From assembly GCA_951406725.2 (NCBI GenBank), contig OX597815.1, positions 26,970,001-27,034,000 on the forward strand: a DNA stretch of 64,000 bases, given 5' to 3'. Each line of letters begins with the position of its first letter. Within the stretch, counting starts at the first letter, position 1. The notes beneath the pieces are model-generated. The model did not search any database and was not told where the DNA came from. It saw only the letters and a list, made by a program, of their open reading frames with translations. The stretch is from Octopus vulgaris (lineage: Eukaryota). Shown here piece after piece: positions 1 to 12,984 of the stretch. A program made the position numbers and the translations under genes.

Positions 1-243
1 TGTGTAAAAGGATTCAAGTGAGGTCGTTGCCAGTACCGCCTGACTGGCTCCCGTGCCGGTGGCACGTAAAAAGCACCCACTACACTCTTGGAGTGGTAAG
101 CGTTAGGAAGGGCATCCAGCTGTAGAAACTCTGCCAAATCAAGATTGGAGCCTGGTGCAACCATCTAGTTCGCCAGCCCTCAGTCAAAATCGTCCAACTC
201 ATGCTAGCATGGAAAGCAGACGTTAAACGATGATGATGATGAT
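1..243 (+). mobile_element. RTE LINE 3'-end fragment (cut by window start)
   Basis: TTAGGAAGGGCATCCAGC...CATGCTAGCATGGAAAG..GTTAAAC-(GAT)n, same as the 3' end of the RTE at 22282-24991. Confidence 0.85.
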
Positions 244-889
244 ATATATATATACATAGATGATGGCTGTTGACTCATTCGATGAGTATAACTATCACTG
301 ACAAATTATCTTATGACACAGTCAGATAGACAGAGATAAATTTTAAGTTGTTAACCTATCGCTTTTAACTATTAAACTCTACAACTTTAACTACAGGCGA
401 AATATATCTTATTATTCTCTTCCTGCACAGAACAATTAAGAAAACTGTCTTGAAATGTTTCACAGTTCATTAACCACTCATTAGAGCACAATTATTCCTT
501 CCATTACTTTGCAAATTTAGAAAACTTACAGCAAATCAAGCATAAAGTAGAACTGGTAGTGTAATTAAATTATTAATAAATATTTATGTGCAACACAGGA
601 TGTATTAGAAAAGAGTTAAGATAAATTTAAATAAACTAGAGTTTTTCCTTGTGGAACTTGTAGAACAGATGTGAATACATTTTGTCTTTCTCTTTCTAAT
701 TTGAAATATGTCAGAATAACTTCTTTTGTATCTTCTATAGAGGGACTACGCATCTGTTTAGATGCATAGGTTTGTTCAAGATGGATTACACATCTGTTTA
801 ACCCTTTAGCCACCAACTCACCTGAAGCCACTTGTGGTTCTAAAATACAAACTCCATGTCTTAAAGTGATTTTCATTAAAACCGAGAAG

Positions 890-1055
890 CACTAGTGTAG
901 CTAGTGTGTGTACCTGGGGGCAGCCCTTCTGTTTGTCATCCCTGGACCCCACAAAAAGCACATATTGCCTACAGCAAACCTAAAAGTGCTGCCCCATTTA
1001 AAAGTGCCACCTGGGGCGGACCACCCCTACACCCCACCCTTAAGCTATGCTAGTG
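890..1055. mobile_element. hAT-type MITE
   Basis: Imperfect TIRs CACTAGTGTAGCT / AGCTATGCTAGTG; 8-bp TSD CCGAGAAG (882-889) / CTGAGAAG (1056-1063). Confidence 0.7.
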
Positions 1056-1167
1056 CTGAGAAGTAATAGTTATCCTCATTTAAACATGAATGTTCTGTTG
1101 AACTAACAGAATCTAACAGAACATCCACATTAAGTGGGGATAAATATTGGCACTCGGTATTAATATT

Positions 1168-1401
1168 AAGGCGGCAAGCTGGCAGAATCGTTAGCACGCT
1201 GGGAGAAATGCTTTCATGGTATTTTGTCTGCCATTACATTCTGGGTTCAAATTCCGCCAAAGTCGACTTTGCCTTTCATCCTTTTGGGGTCAATTAAATA
1301 AGTACCAGTTACACACTGGGGTCGATATAATTGACTTAATCCATTTGTCTGCCCTTGTTTATCCTCTCTGTGTTTAGCCCCTTGTGGGTAGTAAAGAAAT
1401 A
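1168..1401 (+). mobile_element. tRNA-derived SINE, family A (core CCTTTCATCCTTT.GGGGTC..AAGTACCAG)
   Basis: A-box-like TGGCAGAATCGTT, B-box-like GGTTCAAATTCC; 12-bp TSD GGTATTAATATT (1156-1167 / 1402-1413). Confidence 0.85.
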
Positions 1402-2021
1402 GGTATTAATATTGCCTCATATTACTTAGTTACATATTTCTTAATTAAAACCTTTCATCAAAATTTCACGATAATTTATTATTCCAAAGACCAGTCTAAT
1501 AATGACAAAGTTATTTTGATAAATTCTTATTATTTTCAAAATTTATTGAAACAAGAACTGCACATTTCAACAGAAGTCCAAGGTGAAAGGCTTAAAAACT
1601 GTAGTTTACTTCAACTCTTTAGCAAATGTAAATTTAATCACATTGTTTTGAATTAATCATGCAAAATCTCACATTTTTGAGATTTCAATGATGTGATTGC
1701 TTATTTTTACAATGACATGGTAGGGTAAGTGTGAAAGGCTGGATCTTGCTGGTTTGAATATAGAGCAGATAGAATATTTAGGTCAGATATGGCTGGTTTA
1801 AAGGATTAAGTTTTATCTTAGGTTCTTTTAATACAGACTGTGTTGTGCATAAATGCATGTGTGCACACATGTGTGTACATGTGTGTATGTGTGCATGTGT
1901 GTATATGTTTGTGCATGTATGTATGCATGTAAATGATAATAACAGAATCAATAAAATAGGCAACTGCAGGCCCTGGAAAAGCATCAAATAGCTGAAGGAT
2001 TAAAATTTATCAACGGACATA

Positions 2022-2159
2022 CTGAGTATGTCTACCTGCTGGAAATAGCAGTCAAAACTCTTATTTAAATCGCCAAAATACACTGATGATAACTACAGAA
2101 ATCAACTGTCTGAAGGCAAACGGGCTAAGACAATCTCTCAGCATACATTCAAGTATTTG

Positions 2160-2235
<76 letters not shown>

Positions 2236-2271
2236 CTCCCTCTCCCTGTCTCTATGTATTATCTATCCCTT

Positions 2272-2311
<40 letters not shown>

Positions 2312-2338
2312 GTGTGTGTGTGTGTGTATGTGTGTGCA

Positions 2339-2374
<36 letters not shown>

Positions 2375-2447
2375 TGTATGTATGTATGTGTGTATGTATG
2401 CATGCATGCATGTATGTATGTATGTATGTATGTATGTATGTATTATG

Positions 2448-2481
<34 letters not shown>

Positions 2482-2974
2482 TGTATGTATGTATGTATGT
2501 ATGCATGTATATATGTATGTATGTATGTATGCATGCATGCATGCATGCATGTATGTATGTATGTATGTATGTATGTTTGTATGTATATATGTATGTATGT
2601 ATGCATGTATGTATGCATGTATGTGTGCATGTATATATGTATGTATGTATGCATGTATATATGTATGTATGTATGTATGCATGCATGCATGTATGTATGT
2701 ATGTATGTATGTATGTATGTTTGTATGTATGTATGTATGTATGTATGTATGCATGCATGTATGTATGTATGTATGTATGCATGTATGTAGGTATGTATGT
2801 ATGTATGCATGTATGTCTACATGCATGTATGTCTACCTGAGTATGTCTACCTGCTGGAAATAGCAGTCAAAACTCTTATTTAAATCGCCAAAATACACTG
2901 ATGATAACTACAGAAATCAACTGTCTGAAGGCAAACGGGCTAAGACAATCTCTCAGCATACATTCAAGTATTTG

Positions 2975-3019
<45 letters not shown>

Positions 3020-3051
3020 CTCTCCCTGTCTCTATGTATTATCTATCCCTT

Positions 3052-3086
<35 letters not shown>

Positions 3087-3114
3087 GGTGTGTGTGGGTG
3101 TGTATGTGTGTGCA

Positions 3115-3150
<36 letters not shown>

Positions 3151-3236
3151 TGTATGTATGTATGTATGTATGTATGTATGTATGCATGCATGCATGCATG
3201 CATGCATGCATGCATGCATGCATGTATGTATGTATG

Positions 3237-3270
<34 letters not shown>

Positions 3271-3280
3271 TGTATGCATG

Positions 3281-3312
<32 letters not shown>

Positions 3313-3610
3313 CATGCATGCATGCATGTATGTATGTATGTATGTTTGTATGTATATATGTATGTATGTATGCATGTATGTATGCATGTATGTGTGCATG
3401 TATATATGTATGTATGTATGCATGTATATATGTATGTATGTATGTATGCATGCATGCATGTATGTATGTATGTATGTATGTATGTATGTTTGTATGTATG
3501 TATGTATGTATGTATGCATGTATGTATGTATGTATGTATGTATGCATGTATGTAGGTATGTATGTATGTATGCATGTATGTAGGTATGTAGGTAGGTATG
3601 TACGCATGCA
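2022..3610. repeat. Tandem duplication, period 815 bp, containing (CT)n, (TA)n and (TATG)n arrays
   Basis: Unique segment CTGAGTATGTCTACCTGCTGG...CAAGTATTTGGA repeated at 2022 and 2837. Confidence 0.9.
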
Positions 3611-3734
3611 TAGATGTATATTAATGTCAGCTATTATGAAAACCACATTTCAATTTTTATTTTAGGTTTCTTGTTACTTCTTTCAAAAACTTATATCTAA
3701 TAATCCCATGTCGCTTACATTAGCCATACTGTTG

Positions 3735-3765
3735 TTATTTCCTCTCCTCCTCCTCCTCCTCCTCC

Positions 3766-3797
<32 letters not shown>

Positions 3798-5221
3798 GTT
3801 GTCATCGTCATCGTAATCATCATCATCATCATCAGCATCATCATCGTCATCATCATCGTTGTTGTCGTTCTTGTTATTGTCATCATTGTTATCACCACCA
3901 TCATCACTGTCATCATTATCATCATCATCATCATCATCATCATCACCACCACCACCACCAAAACCACCACCACCACCACCACCAGCAGCAGCATCATCGT
4001 CATCATCTTTTTCCTCTTTACTCCACTTTTTCTTCTTTCTCCAAATTCTAATTATCTTTCCCCTCCTTCACCTTCTCATCTCATCTCGTCTCGTCTCATC
4101 TCATCTCATCTCCGTGTTTTTATCTTTGCCTTCATCTCTCTTTTTTTTTTTTTGCTGGTGCTGTCCCCCTAAGATCGATAAGTTAGCCAATATGAAGAAG
4201 AAGAAAGGCGATATTTTACTTTTTAAATGGTGTCTCGTATCTCTCTCCTTACCGCATATACATGCCACCTTGCCTTCCCACCTTCCACACCCAACCCACT
4301 GCCCTGCCAACAATATACGTCTCCACCCCCCACACCTCCTACACCTCGCAGCCTCACAACTTCCGATCAGATCCACTACCTTCCTACCACTACTATCACT
4401 ACTGCTATACCATTCCTTAAACACACTCACACACACACACACACATACACCATACCATCACAACCATCATCATCACTGTCATCACTAACATTGCTGCCAG
4501 TACCCCCACCGTCCCCTCTACCATTGCCTTACATTAATACTACCACCACCATCAACATCACTATCACCTCCCACTACCATCACCATACTGTTCCCTAAAC
4601 ACACTTACTATCCCAATACTACTTCTACTAATACTACTACTACTACTACCATAACCACCACCACCACCACCACCACCACCACCACCACCACCACCACCAC
4701 CACCACCACCACCTTCACTACTGCCCCCATCACCACTACTACTGTTGCTATACCATCATCATCTCCACCATCACCCCTTTCATCGATGTTCATCCCCCCC
4801 CACACACACACAGACACACCTTTCATTACTTCTACCTCTATAAATATCCCACCACTGTTATAGCTCTGCCACCACCACCACATATATCATCATTACCATC
4901 GCCCCCCCACCACCACTACCACCACCACCACTGCCATCACTATCAATAACATCAATACTCTCACCATCCCACCGCCACCACCACTATATCATCACCACTG
5001 TAACCACAATCATCACCATCATCACAACCCACTATCACCACAATACAGTCTCTGAAACACATACACACACACACACACACACACATACACACACCACTTT
5101 CACTAGCTACCACTGTTCCTATTGCTCTTTCAATGCCTCTCCCCTATTCACCACCACTGACACTAACATCATCAGCATCACTACTACCACAATCATTTCC
5201 ATCATCTCCATGCAATCCCTT

Positions 5222-5259
<38 letters not shown>

Positions 5260-5640
5260 TCACATACAAAACTCACACAAGCTCTATATCTTCTTTCCCC
5301 CCCATTTCTATTACTATACCATCACCATGACCAACCCACGACCACCATCACCAACATACCACTACAACTATTTCCACCACTACCCATCTCATTACTATCA
5401 TCACCACCACCACCACCACCACCACCACCACCACCACCACCACCACCATCATCACTGCCATCGTCTTCATCATCATCATCACTACCACTACTGAAAATAA
5501 TCCAGGTTTATCAATCATTCGTCTGCACCTGCAGCTGCCTGATGCTTCCCTCTCCATCCCACATGGCATCGAAGAAATAGATAGAGAGAGTGATGGTAGG
5601 GAAAGAGAGATGAAAATGATGCAGAGGGAAAAAAATAGGG

Positions 5641-5671
<31 letters not shown>

Positions 5672-5747
5672 TGCAGAAAGGTGAGAGATACAGGGAGAAA
5701 GGAGTTGGAAGAGTGAGAGCTGAGAAAGAGCTAAGCTAAAGAGGCAA

Positions 5748-5779
<32 letters not shown>

Positions 5780-5900
5780 AGAGATTGAAAGAGATCTGAG
5801 CGGTGTAGAGAGAAAAAGACAGACAGACAGACAGACAAAACTGAGAAGACATAAACAACAATAGCAACAACAGTGATAATGATTACGATGATGATGACCA
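3735..5900. repeat. Low-complexity trinucleotide/dinucleotide field ((CAT)n, (CAC)n, (CTA)n, (CA)n, (GA)n)
   Basis: Direct reading. Confidence 0.9.
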
Positions 5901-6359
5901 TGACAACCATGACAACGAGAATAATGAATCAATTCCTTTGCCCCACCCCGCCCTCCCCCCACCAACCATGTTTTTCTCTTCATCGTGTCTCTTCCATTTA
6001 CCGACTTTCTTTTCCTCAGATTCTCGGAGTTACATTTGATAGTAAAACTTGAATTGCAGTAGTAGGGTGAGGGTGGGATTGAGATCAAAACTAAATCCAT
6101 TCACAGTTTGTCAGATCAATTCATATCAATCTGCTTGATATATACACACACACACACACACACAAGCACACACACACACACACACATGTACACATAAGCA
6201 CATACATACACACACACACAGAGAATCATGCATAAATTCACAGTTATGTAACTTCATATCGTACGGTTAAGTAGTTTGCTTTGCGAGCACGTGGTTTCAG
6301 GTTTAATCAGGCTGTGCAAAACATTTGACAGAAATTTTACAGAAACACACGAGGCAACT

Positions 6360-6404
6360 GCTGTGCTGATGACACCATCTGAGGCAGAAACACATACCGA
6401 CAGC
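6360..6404 (+). ncRNA. Decayed minimal type I hammerhead ribozyme-like motif
   Basis: GCTGT(G)-CTGATGA-CACC atctga GGCA-GAAA-CACA-TA-(CCG)ACAGC; stem II and the loop-3 palindrome are restored by reversing G>A changes of CpG-decay type. Confidence 0.4.
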
Positions 6405-6666
6405 TATCTTCTTGTCTCCAGACAATTTGAGTCTTTTCTTTAATAGCATGATAATTTTAGATAATGCTTGATTCTTAATATTATCTCCCCTTCATGTTTG
6501 GAAGTTGGTCTTAACTGCTACCAAGCCATTAATCTATCTTCAATGGAAATGGAGATAATTTCAATGAATCAAGAATTCATCTTGCATGTTATTGAATATA
6601 TCCTTATTCATCTTTGCTTTTCAAATACATGCACACTGGCCACCCTGAGTTAGCTCCCAATATATT

Positions 6667-6729
6667 GGCGCAGGAGTTTCTAACCAACCACATGGTTCTG
6701 GGTTGCCCACTGCGTGGCACCTTGGGCAA

Positions 6730-6768
<39 letters not shown>

Positions 6769-6979
6769 CGTGTATGTTTGTGTGTCTGTGTGTCCCCCCT
6801 AGCATTGCTTGACAACCGATGCTGGTGTGTTTACGTCCCCGTTACTTAGCGGTTCGGCAAAAGAGACCATAGTGTACTGGCTTACAAAAGAATAAGTGCC
6901 GGGGTCGAGTTGCTCGATTAAAGGCGGTGTCACATGGCCGCAGTCAAATGACTGAAACAAGTAAAAGAGTAAAAGAGTA
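6667..6979 (+). mobile_element. CORE-type tRNA SINE, family B, with internal microsatellite (internally deleted)
   Basis: GGCGCAGGAG head, CCTTGGGCAAGT core, (TA)n/(TG)n middle, (AGTAAAAG)n tail. Confidence 0.85.
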
Positions 6980-7000
6980 TATATATATATATATATATAC

Positions 7001-7475
7001 TGTGGAAAGAACCTGTGGAAGAGGTAAACCCTGGAAGACATGGGATGAGGTGGTGAAGCATGACCTTCAAACGTTGGGCCTCACAGAGGCAATGACAAGA
7101 GACCGAGACCTTTGGTGATATGCTGTGATTTAGAAGACCCAGCAAGTAAAGTGAAATCACAGCTATGGCCTATGCCAGTGTTGTGTGACTGGCCCATTTA
7201 AAAGTACCCTTGAAGTGTCATGCGATATGATATGCTTGAGAAGACCTACTGAGTCAAGTAAAATCGAAATCATAGCTGTGGCCAGTGCTGCCTGACTGGC
7301 TCCAATGCTGGTGGCATGTAAAAAGCACCATCTGAAAGTGGTCAGTATCAGTGCCGCCTGACTGGCTCCCCTGCCAGTGGTACATAAAAGGCATCCAATA
7401 CACTCTCAGAGTGGTTGGCATTAGAAAGGGCATCCATCTGTAGAAACATTGCCAGATCAGATTGGTGCAGCTGCC
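7001..7475 (+). mobile_element. RTE LINE 3' fragment (ORF C-terminus + 3' UTR)
   Basis: VERTCGRGKPWKTWDEVVKHDL matches the C-terminus of the RTE at 22969-23286. Confidence 0.85.
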
Positions 7476-8507
7476 TGTTACAACAACACCTGACTGAATT
7501 ATAAAGTAGCAATAGCCACTGTAACATCACCACATAATTCTTAGGTAGAGCTTACTTTGTTGTAACCATTCTTATCAGGCCACTGTGGTTCACTCCTACT
7601 TCGTAGTTTTCTTGTAGGTGTGTGTTTGATATCACTGTTGCTTGCAGGCTGGGCATCAGTGACATCAAGCACACCAGTCATAGTTGGCCTGCAAAGATAT
7701 GTATTAATAAAAATATAAATAAGAGCTCTATGGATGACACAAAGCTTTTGTTCATTTAAAAAATCTTTTCCTCAATTCTAAGTATGCATTCAGAAATGAC
7801 AAAATGAGAAATACCTTAATTATATCCAGACATGGCACATGAAAGGATAATTGTTTGAACAATTAAGCATCAATAAATCTTTTCTCAAAACAACATGACC
7901 TACATAAATGGAGCAAAGCAATGACAACTTTGCACTTCAGAGAAAAACCATATTTTAACCAAACATTCTCATACTTTAAACAAAATGTCAGAAATAATGT
8001 CAAAGTGCTACCACAAAAACAAATTCTGTCAAGCAAATTGCAACAACAAAATTGAACCAAATTTATCTACTAGGCATAAACATGTCAAAGAATGCCATGA
8101 ATAATTCTCTTATCGTAGAAGAAAGATTCTTTTATGTTATGCTATCGGATGAATACCTCTCTGGCCACAAACTTTAAGCAATAGAATAGTCAACTTTAAG
8201 ACAATATGTATACTTTTAACTAATCAACTACTGGTTTCTCTCATTTATTCTGGAAGTTCACATATTTTTCTTATGAAGTTCACATGATGTATGGTTTCCT
8301 TCTGATTGGTGCTAATTGGCAATGATGGCCATATACATACATACATACATACATACATACATACATACATACATACATACATACATACACATGCATGCAC
8401 GCACACACACATACATACATACATACATACATACATAATTACTTCCCAAAGATGGAGTCTTGTATCTTTGATGGAAACCAGCTCCTGTCTCAGTGGAAGT
8501 TTTATAA

Positions 8508-8898
8508 TCTATATATATAAAGCTGAAGTTGTCTGTGTGTGGCAGGTTTGGTAGCCTTCAACTAACACTATCTCCTCTGAGAGCCTGATGCACAAGTTGA
8601 CCAAAATTGAGGGTATGATAGAAGAAGGCTTGCTCTTTATTCTGTAGAAGATAAAATTCAAATTGGACCATGTTAACACCAAAAATTATTTACACCAAAA
8701 AGGTGCTTTTTTTCTATGAAAATCCCTATTTTTTACGATTTTTTTGACTGCTGTGTCACCATTTTTGGTGTATTTCAACCAGAAAAATGTTCACTTAAAG
8801 AGAATAACAAGCTACATAATGCAAAATTTTGACTTTTTCAAAAATTCCAATTCTAAAGGGTCAAAACAAACCCGAGCAACGCTGGGCGATACTGCTAG
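8508..8898 (+). mobile_element. Non-autonomous Helitron
   Basis: 5' A|TCTATATATATAAAG; subterminal GC hairpin CCCGAGCAACGCTGGG (8871-8886); 3' CTAG|T; no TSD. Confidence 0.8.
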
Positions 8899-8899
8899 T

Positions 8900-9250
8900 A
8901 ATTGAAAAACAGAAGAGACATACATACACAGGTACCAGAAAATTCCCACAAAAATTTAGAAATATTTGGTTTCATGAAGAAAGAGCAAAAGAAACTGATG
9001 CAGATTCTCCAGATCAAGTCTATTAGTGATACAGCGAAGATTTGTAAGACATTCCAAAAATTCCCCATCTGAGATTCTTATGTGAATGAACAGATGCACA
9101 CACATGGGTGTATGCACCAACAGCTCAACGAACACAGCGACTCAACTACATATTTACAAGCACCGAGAACTCTCTTAACTCAAACAATCTTATCATTGTG
9201 TCAGCGACTGGTTTGAACTCTCTCAAGGAATTAAATAAAGCTCAAAGAAA
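8900..9250 (+). mobile_element. 3' end of a REL-endonuclease (Dong/R4-like) LINE, decayed
   Basis: Frame KLMQILQIKSISDTAKICKTF resembles the terminal QKxxxLGTAxI motif. Confidence 0.4.
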
Positions 9251-9288
9251 AATCATACATATTTACACACACATATATATATATATGA

Positions 9289-9350
<62 letters not shown>

Positions 9351-10120
9351 GTGATTTCACTTCATTTTGTTACCAACGAAATATATTGGATGGAAAATCT
9401 GTTACTTTTATTTCAGTTATTGTCAATTCATAGAAAACATTCATAATATTTTTTAGCTAAGATGATTTATTTTGTCTATAAAGGTCAATTCACCTACTTT
9501 TTTTCTATTATTGAATATTCTCTCCCCAAAACAGCTGAAATAGCATTTGGAAATGTATTCAGTCCGATAACTTTATTAATATGAAATATTTAGTTTCCTT
9601 TGCTCTTTTATTTTCTAAAAATGATTGCTTGCCTTACACAAAATTCTTCGATTGATCTGCAAGTTTATGTATCAAAGACTATGTTTCTGGAAACTTCTTC
9701 CTATATTATCATCTTCAATTTTCTTATAGTTTTGCTTTTTTCTTCTGCTCTGTATGAATGTTGTTGTTGTTGTTGTTGTTGTTAACATCTTACTCATTGT
9801 CATCCTCACCCTCATCCTTCCCATTCTCCTCCTCCGCATTATCATCATCATCATCATCATCATCATCAACATTGTAATCATCATCATCATCAACATTGGC
9901 AATTATAATCATTATCTCCTCCTCCCACTTCTTCTTCTTCTTCTTCTTCCTCTTCTTATTCATCTACTGCTGCTGCTACTGCCCCTCCTTTTTCTTCTCA
10001 ATTTTCACCACTCCCACTGACTTGCTCTTCAGATTTTCTTTTACCACATTTTTCAATTAGTTTTACTAACCAAACAACACCCCCCCACACTCCCACACAC
10101 CCCACACATTACACACGCAC

Positions 10121-10175
<55 letters not shown>

Positions 10176-10895
10176 CACACACACATCCAACTCCTTTAAC
10201 TACAAACAAATTTCTTGAATTTGAAAAAAAAAGATTTTTTTTTTATTTCTACCTGGTTTAGAAAATGGAAAAAAAAAAACACTGAGTTTGAAAAATGTCA
10301 ACTGCATTAACCAACCTTTAATTTAATGCCACAAATATTTATAAACAGGAGCTGAAGTGGAGATTAAATACAGAACACTTATATATTGAACAGAAGACAT
10401 AAACTGAAAAGCTGCATTTGATATTTCAATGGGCTAAGTGACAAATTCCGTTGTACTAAACAGAAAGTTCTTTAAAAACAAGGATCTGTTTTCAATTTAT
10501 GCTTGGAAAGATCCATTATCCAACTTAAAGTATTCTCTATTTCTAAGTACTTCGAGATGGGTATAGCCATGACATTTGTAGGCCTTCCTTATTCAGCGCT
10601 TTTTATTCCAGCCTTTTAAGATGATATATAGCAAAGTTGAATGCACTAATTGGGAAAAATAAAGTGGCAATGTAAAATGTTTATACTGTTAGTTGACAGA
10701 TTATCTCAATCTATAACAATATATATATTTATATATGTATGTATATATGTGTGTGTGTGTGTGTGTGTGTTTGATGTATATATACACGCACTTATATATA
10801 TGTATATCTATCTACCAATCTCTTTGTCTGTCTATCTATTTATCTATCTATCTGTTTGTCTGTCTATCTATTTCTCCTCTCTCTTTCTCTCTCTC

Positions 10896-10943
<48 letters not shown>

Positions 10944-11189
10944 TCAATTTATATATACTGAAATTCCTGCACCTGTCCTCCTAACTCATAATTCTAAATT
11001 TGTCTGTTATGAACATTTTAATTTGCAACTTTGAAACTTTTAAATATCTTTCTCTAATTCATAATTTAAAACTTTTACCATTGATAAACAAAAAATATTG
11101 TTTACACTAGTTTAGTATATATGTAAATAAATGTATTTTAAACAATTACAAGTTTTCCAAATTTAGGTGCATTTTCAACAATAAATTTG

Positions 11190-11231
<42 letters not shown>

Positions 11232-11639
11232 TACACACACATGTCAAGTGTAAACAGAGTTATTGAAGTTCCAGTGAAGAAGCTTTGGATCAAGGTTGGA
11301 AACTGGCTCTTTCTCTATTGGTGAGACTAACAAGGATTTGTTTGACCTGGAGCCATAATTGAAAACACTTGCTCAAGGTGCTGTATGGTGGGACTGAACT
11401 CAAAACTAAGCAAAACTTTTAATCACACAGCAATGATAATTTGTAAATTAGCAATACAGCATTTTTCTTTCCAGTTTTTCATTCTTTCAGTCTTTTGTTT
11501 TTTTTTTGTGTTTCTTTTTGTTTAAAATTCCTTGCTTTCTGTTTCAGTGTATTTGTTATTTAAGATTCTCTCCCACCACCCCTCTATTTTTCTTATTACA
11601 CACTCTTGAACCTAGTAGCATTAAGCTCAGAATATAAAG

Positions 11640-12200
11640 ATCATCATCATCATCATTTAACGTTCGCTTCCATGCTAGCATGGGTTGAACGATTTTGACT
11701 GAGGGCTGGCGAACCAGATGGCTGCACCAGGCTTCAATCTTGATCTGGCAGAGTTTCTACAGCTGGGTGCCCTTCCTAATGCCAACCACTCCGAGAGTGT
11801 AGTGGGTGCTTTTACGTGCCATTGGCGCGGGGCCAGTCAGGCGGTACTGGCAATGGCCACGCTCGAATCTTTTACACATGCCACCAGCACAGGTGCCAGT
11901 AAGGCGATGTTGGTAATGATCACGCTCGAATGGGGTCTTTTAGAGGCCAGATAGCCGCTCTGGCAATGATTACGCTCAGATGGTGCTCTTAATACCCTAC
12001 TAGCACGGGACTCGAGTGCCAGTACAGCGACGCTGGTAACAATCACACTCGAATGGTGCCTTTTAAGTGCCACTGGCATGGAATCCGGTTAGCCGCTCTG
12101 TCAATGATCACACTCGCATGGTGCTCTTTGCACCCCGCTAGCACGGACGCCAGTCATCGAATTTGATTTTGATTTCACTTGCCTCAACAGGTCTTCGTGA
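11640..12200 (-). mobile_element. RTE 3' UTR fragment with internal tandem repeats
   Basis: (CAT)n tail, CCATGCTAGCATGG palindrome, GGTGC(T/C)TTT repeat units. Confidence 0.85.
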
Positions 12201-12524
12201 GCAGAGTTTTAGTGTCCAAAGAAGGAAAGGTACGCATAAGTGGGCTAAAATATTGCAAGGCATTCTATCCATTGTGATCCTACTTGTTTCTGCTCTTGGT
12301 TGCTCAATTACAGTAAAAGCAATAATGAATGCTAGCTTTAAGACAAAGCAACTGATTGGAGGACAGGAGCATAGTTACTAGAGTCAGCCCAAAGCATGAC
12401 TAGCGCTGACATTGTTCAGTCCAGAAGGAATTAACAGCAGTTCTTAGATGGACAAAACAAAGTACTGTACAACATGTATTCTGGCTCTTTGATATTTTTG
12501 TGCCACTCCAATACCTTTACGATA

Positions 12525-12940
12525 ATGGTTTCAAATTTTGATACAAGGCCAGCAATATTAGGGGGAGTGGGGTTTAGTTGATTACTTCAACCCCAGTACT
12601 TAACTGGTACTTATTTTATTGGCGTCAAAAGGATGATAGGCAAAGTTCACCCTGGCAGAATTTGGACTTAGAATGTAGAGTCAGAGGAAATGCCATTTTG
12701 TCCAACATGCTAACAATTCTGCTGCTACAATAACAGCAACAATAAAAAATGGTTTCAAATTTTGGCACAAAGCCAGCAAGTTCGGGGGGTAGGAGCTAGT
12801 CAATTACATCTTCCCCAATACTCAACTGATACTTATTTTATCGATCCTGAAAGGGTGAAAGGCAAAGTCAACTTCATTAGAATTTGAACTCAGAACATGA
12901 AAAGTCTGGTGTTCTTACAATTCTGCCTACTTGCCACCTT
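12525..12940 (-). mobile_element. Two adjacent diverged family-A-related SINE copies
   Basis: Twice ..TACTTATTTTAT..GGCAAAGT..AGAATTTG..CT(C/T)AGAA; a similar pair lies at 33645-34092. Confidence 0.7.
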
Positions 12941-12984
12941 AGGAGCAACAATAACAATATGAAGATATTATAACAATGTCGGAA

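Larger units (their letters stand above)
798..1595. mobile_element. piggyBac-like (TTAA) non-autonomous element, interrupted by nested insertions
   Basis: TTAA-CCCTTT at left, AAAGGC-TTAA at right; related diverged copies on minus strand at ~15730-15835 and ~46160-46288. Confidence 0.5.

Noticed and set aside
822-839. Apparent 18-nt minus-strand microexon (TTTTAG|AACCACAAGTGGCTTCAG|GTGAGT)
   Set aside because: It lies inside the TTAA repeat, whose other copies (~15780-15835, ~46230-46288) lack this splice-site pair; likely fortuitous unless RNA-seq shows exonisation
2157-3665. Many long ORFs (MYVC/HTYI repeats; likewise at 19.5, 25-28, 50-51 and 60 kb)
   Set aside because: Translations of stop-free microsatellites
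8440-8500. ACTTCC..GAAAC..GGAAGT hammerhead-like outline
   Set aside because: No recognisable CUGANGA or compensated core; stems unconvincing
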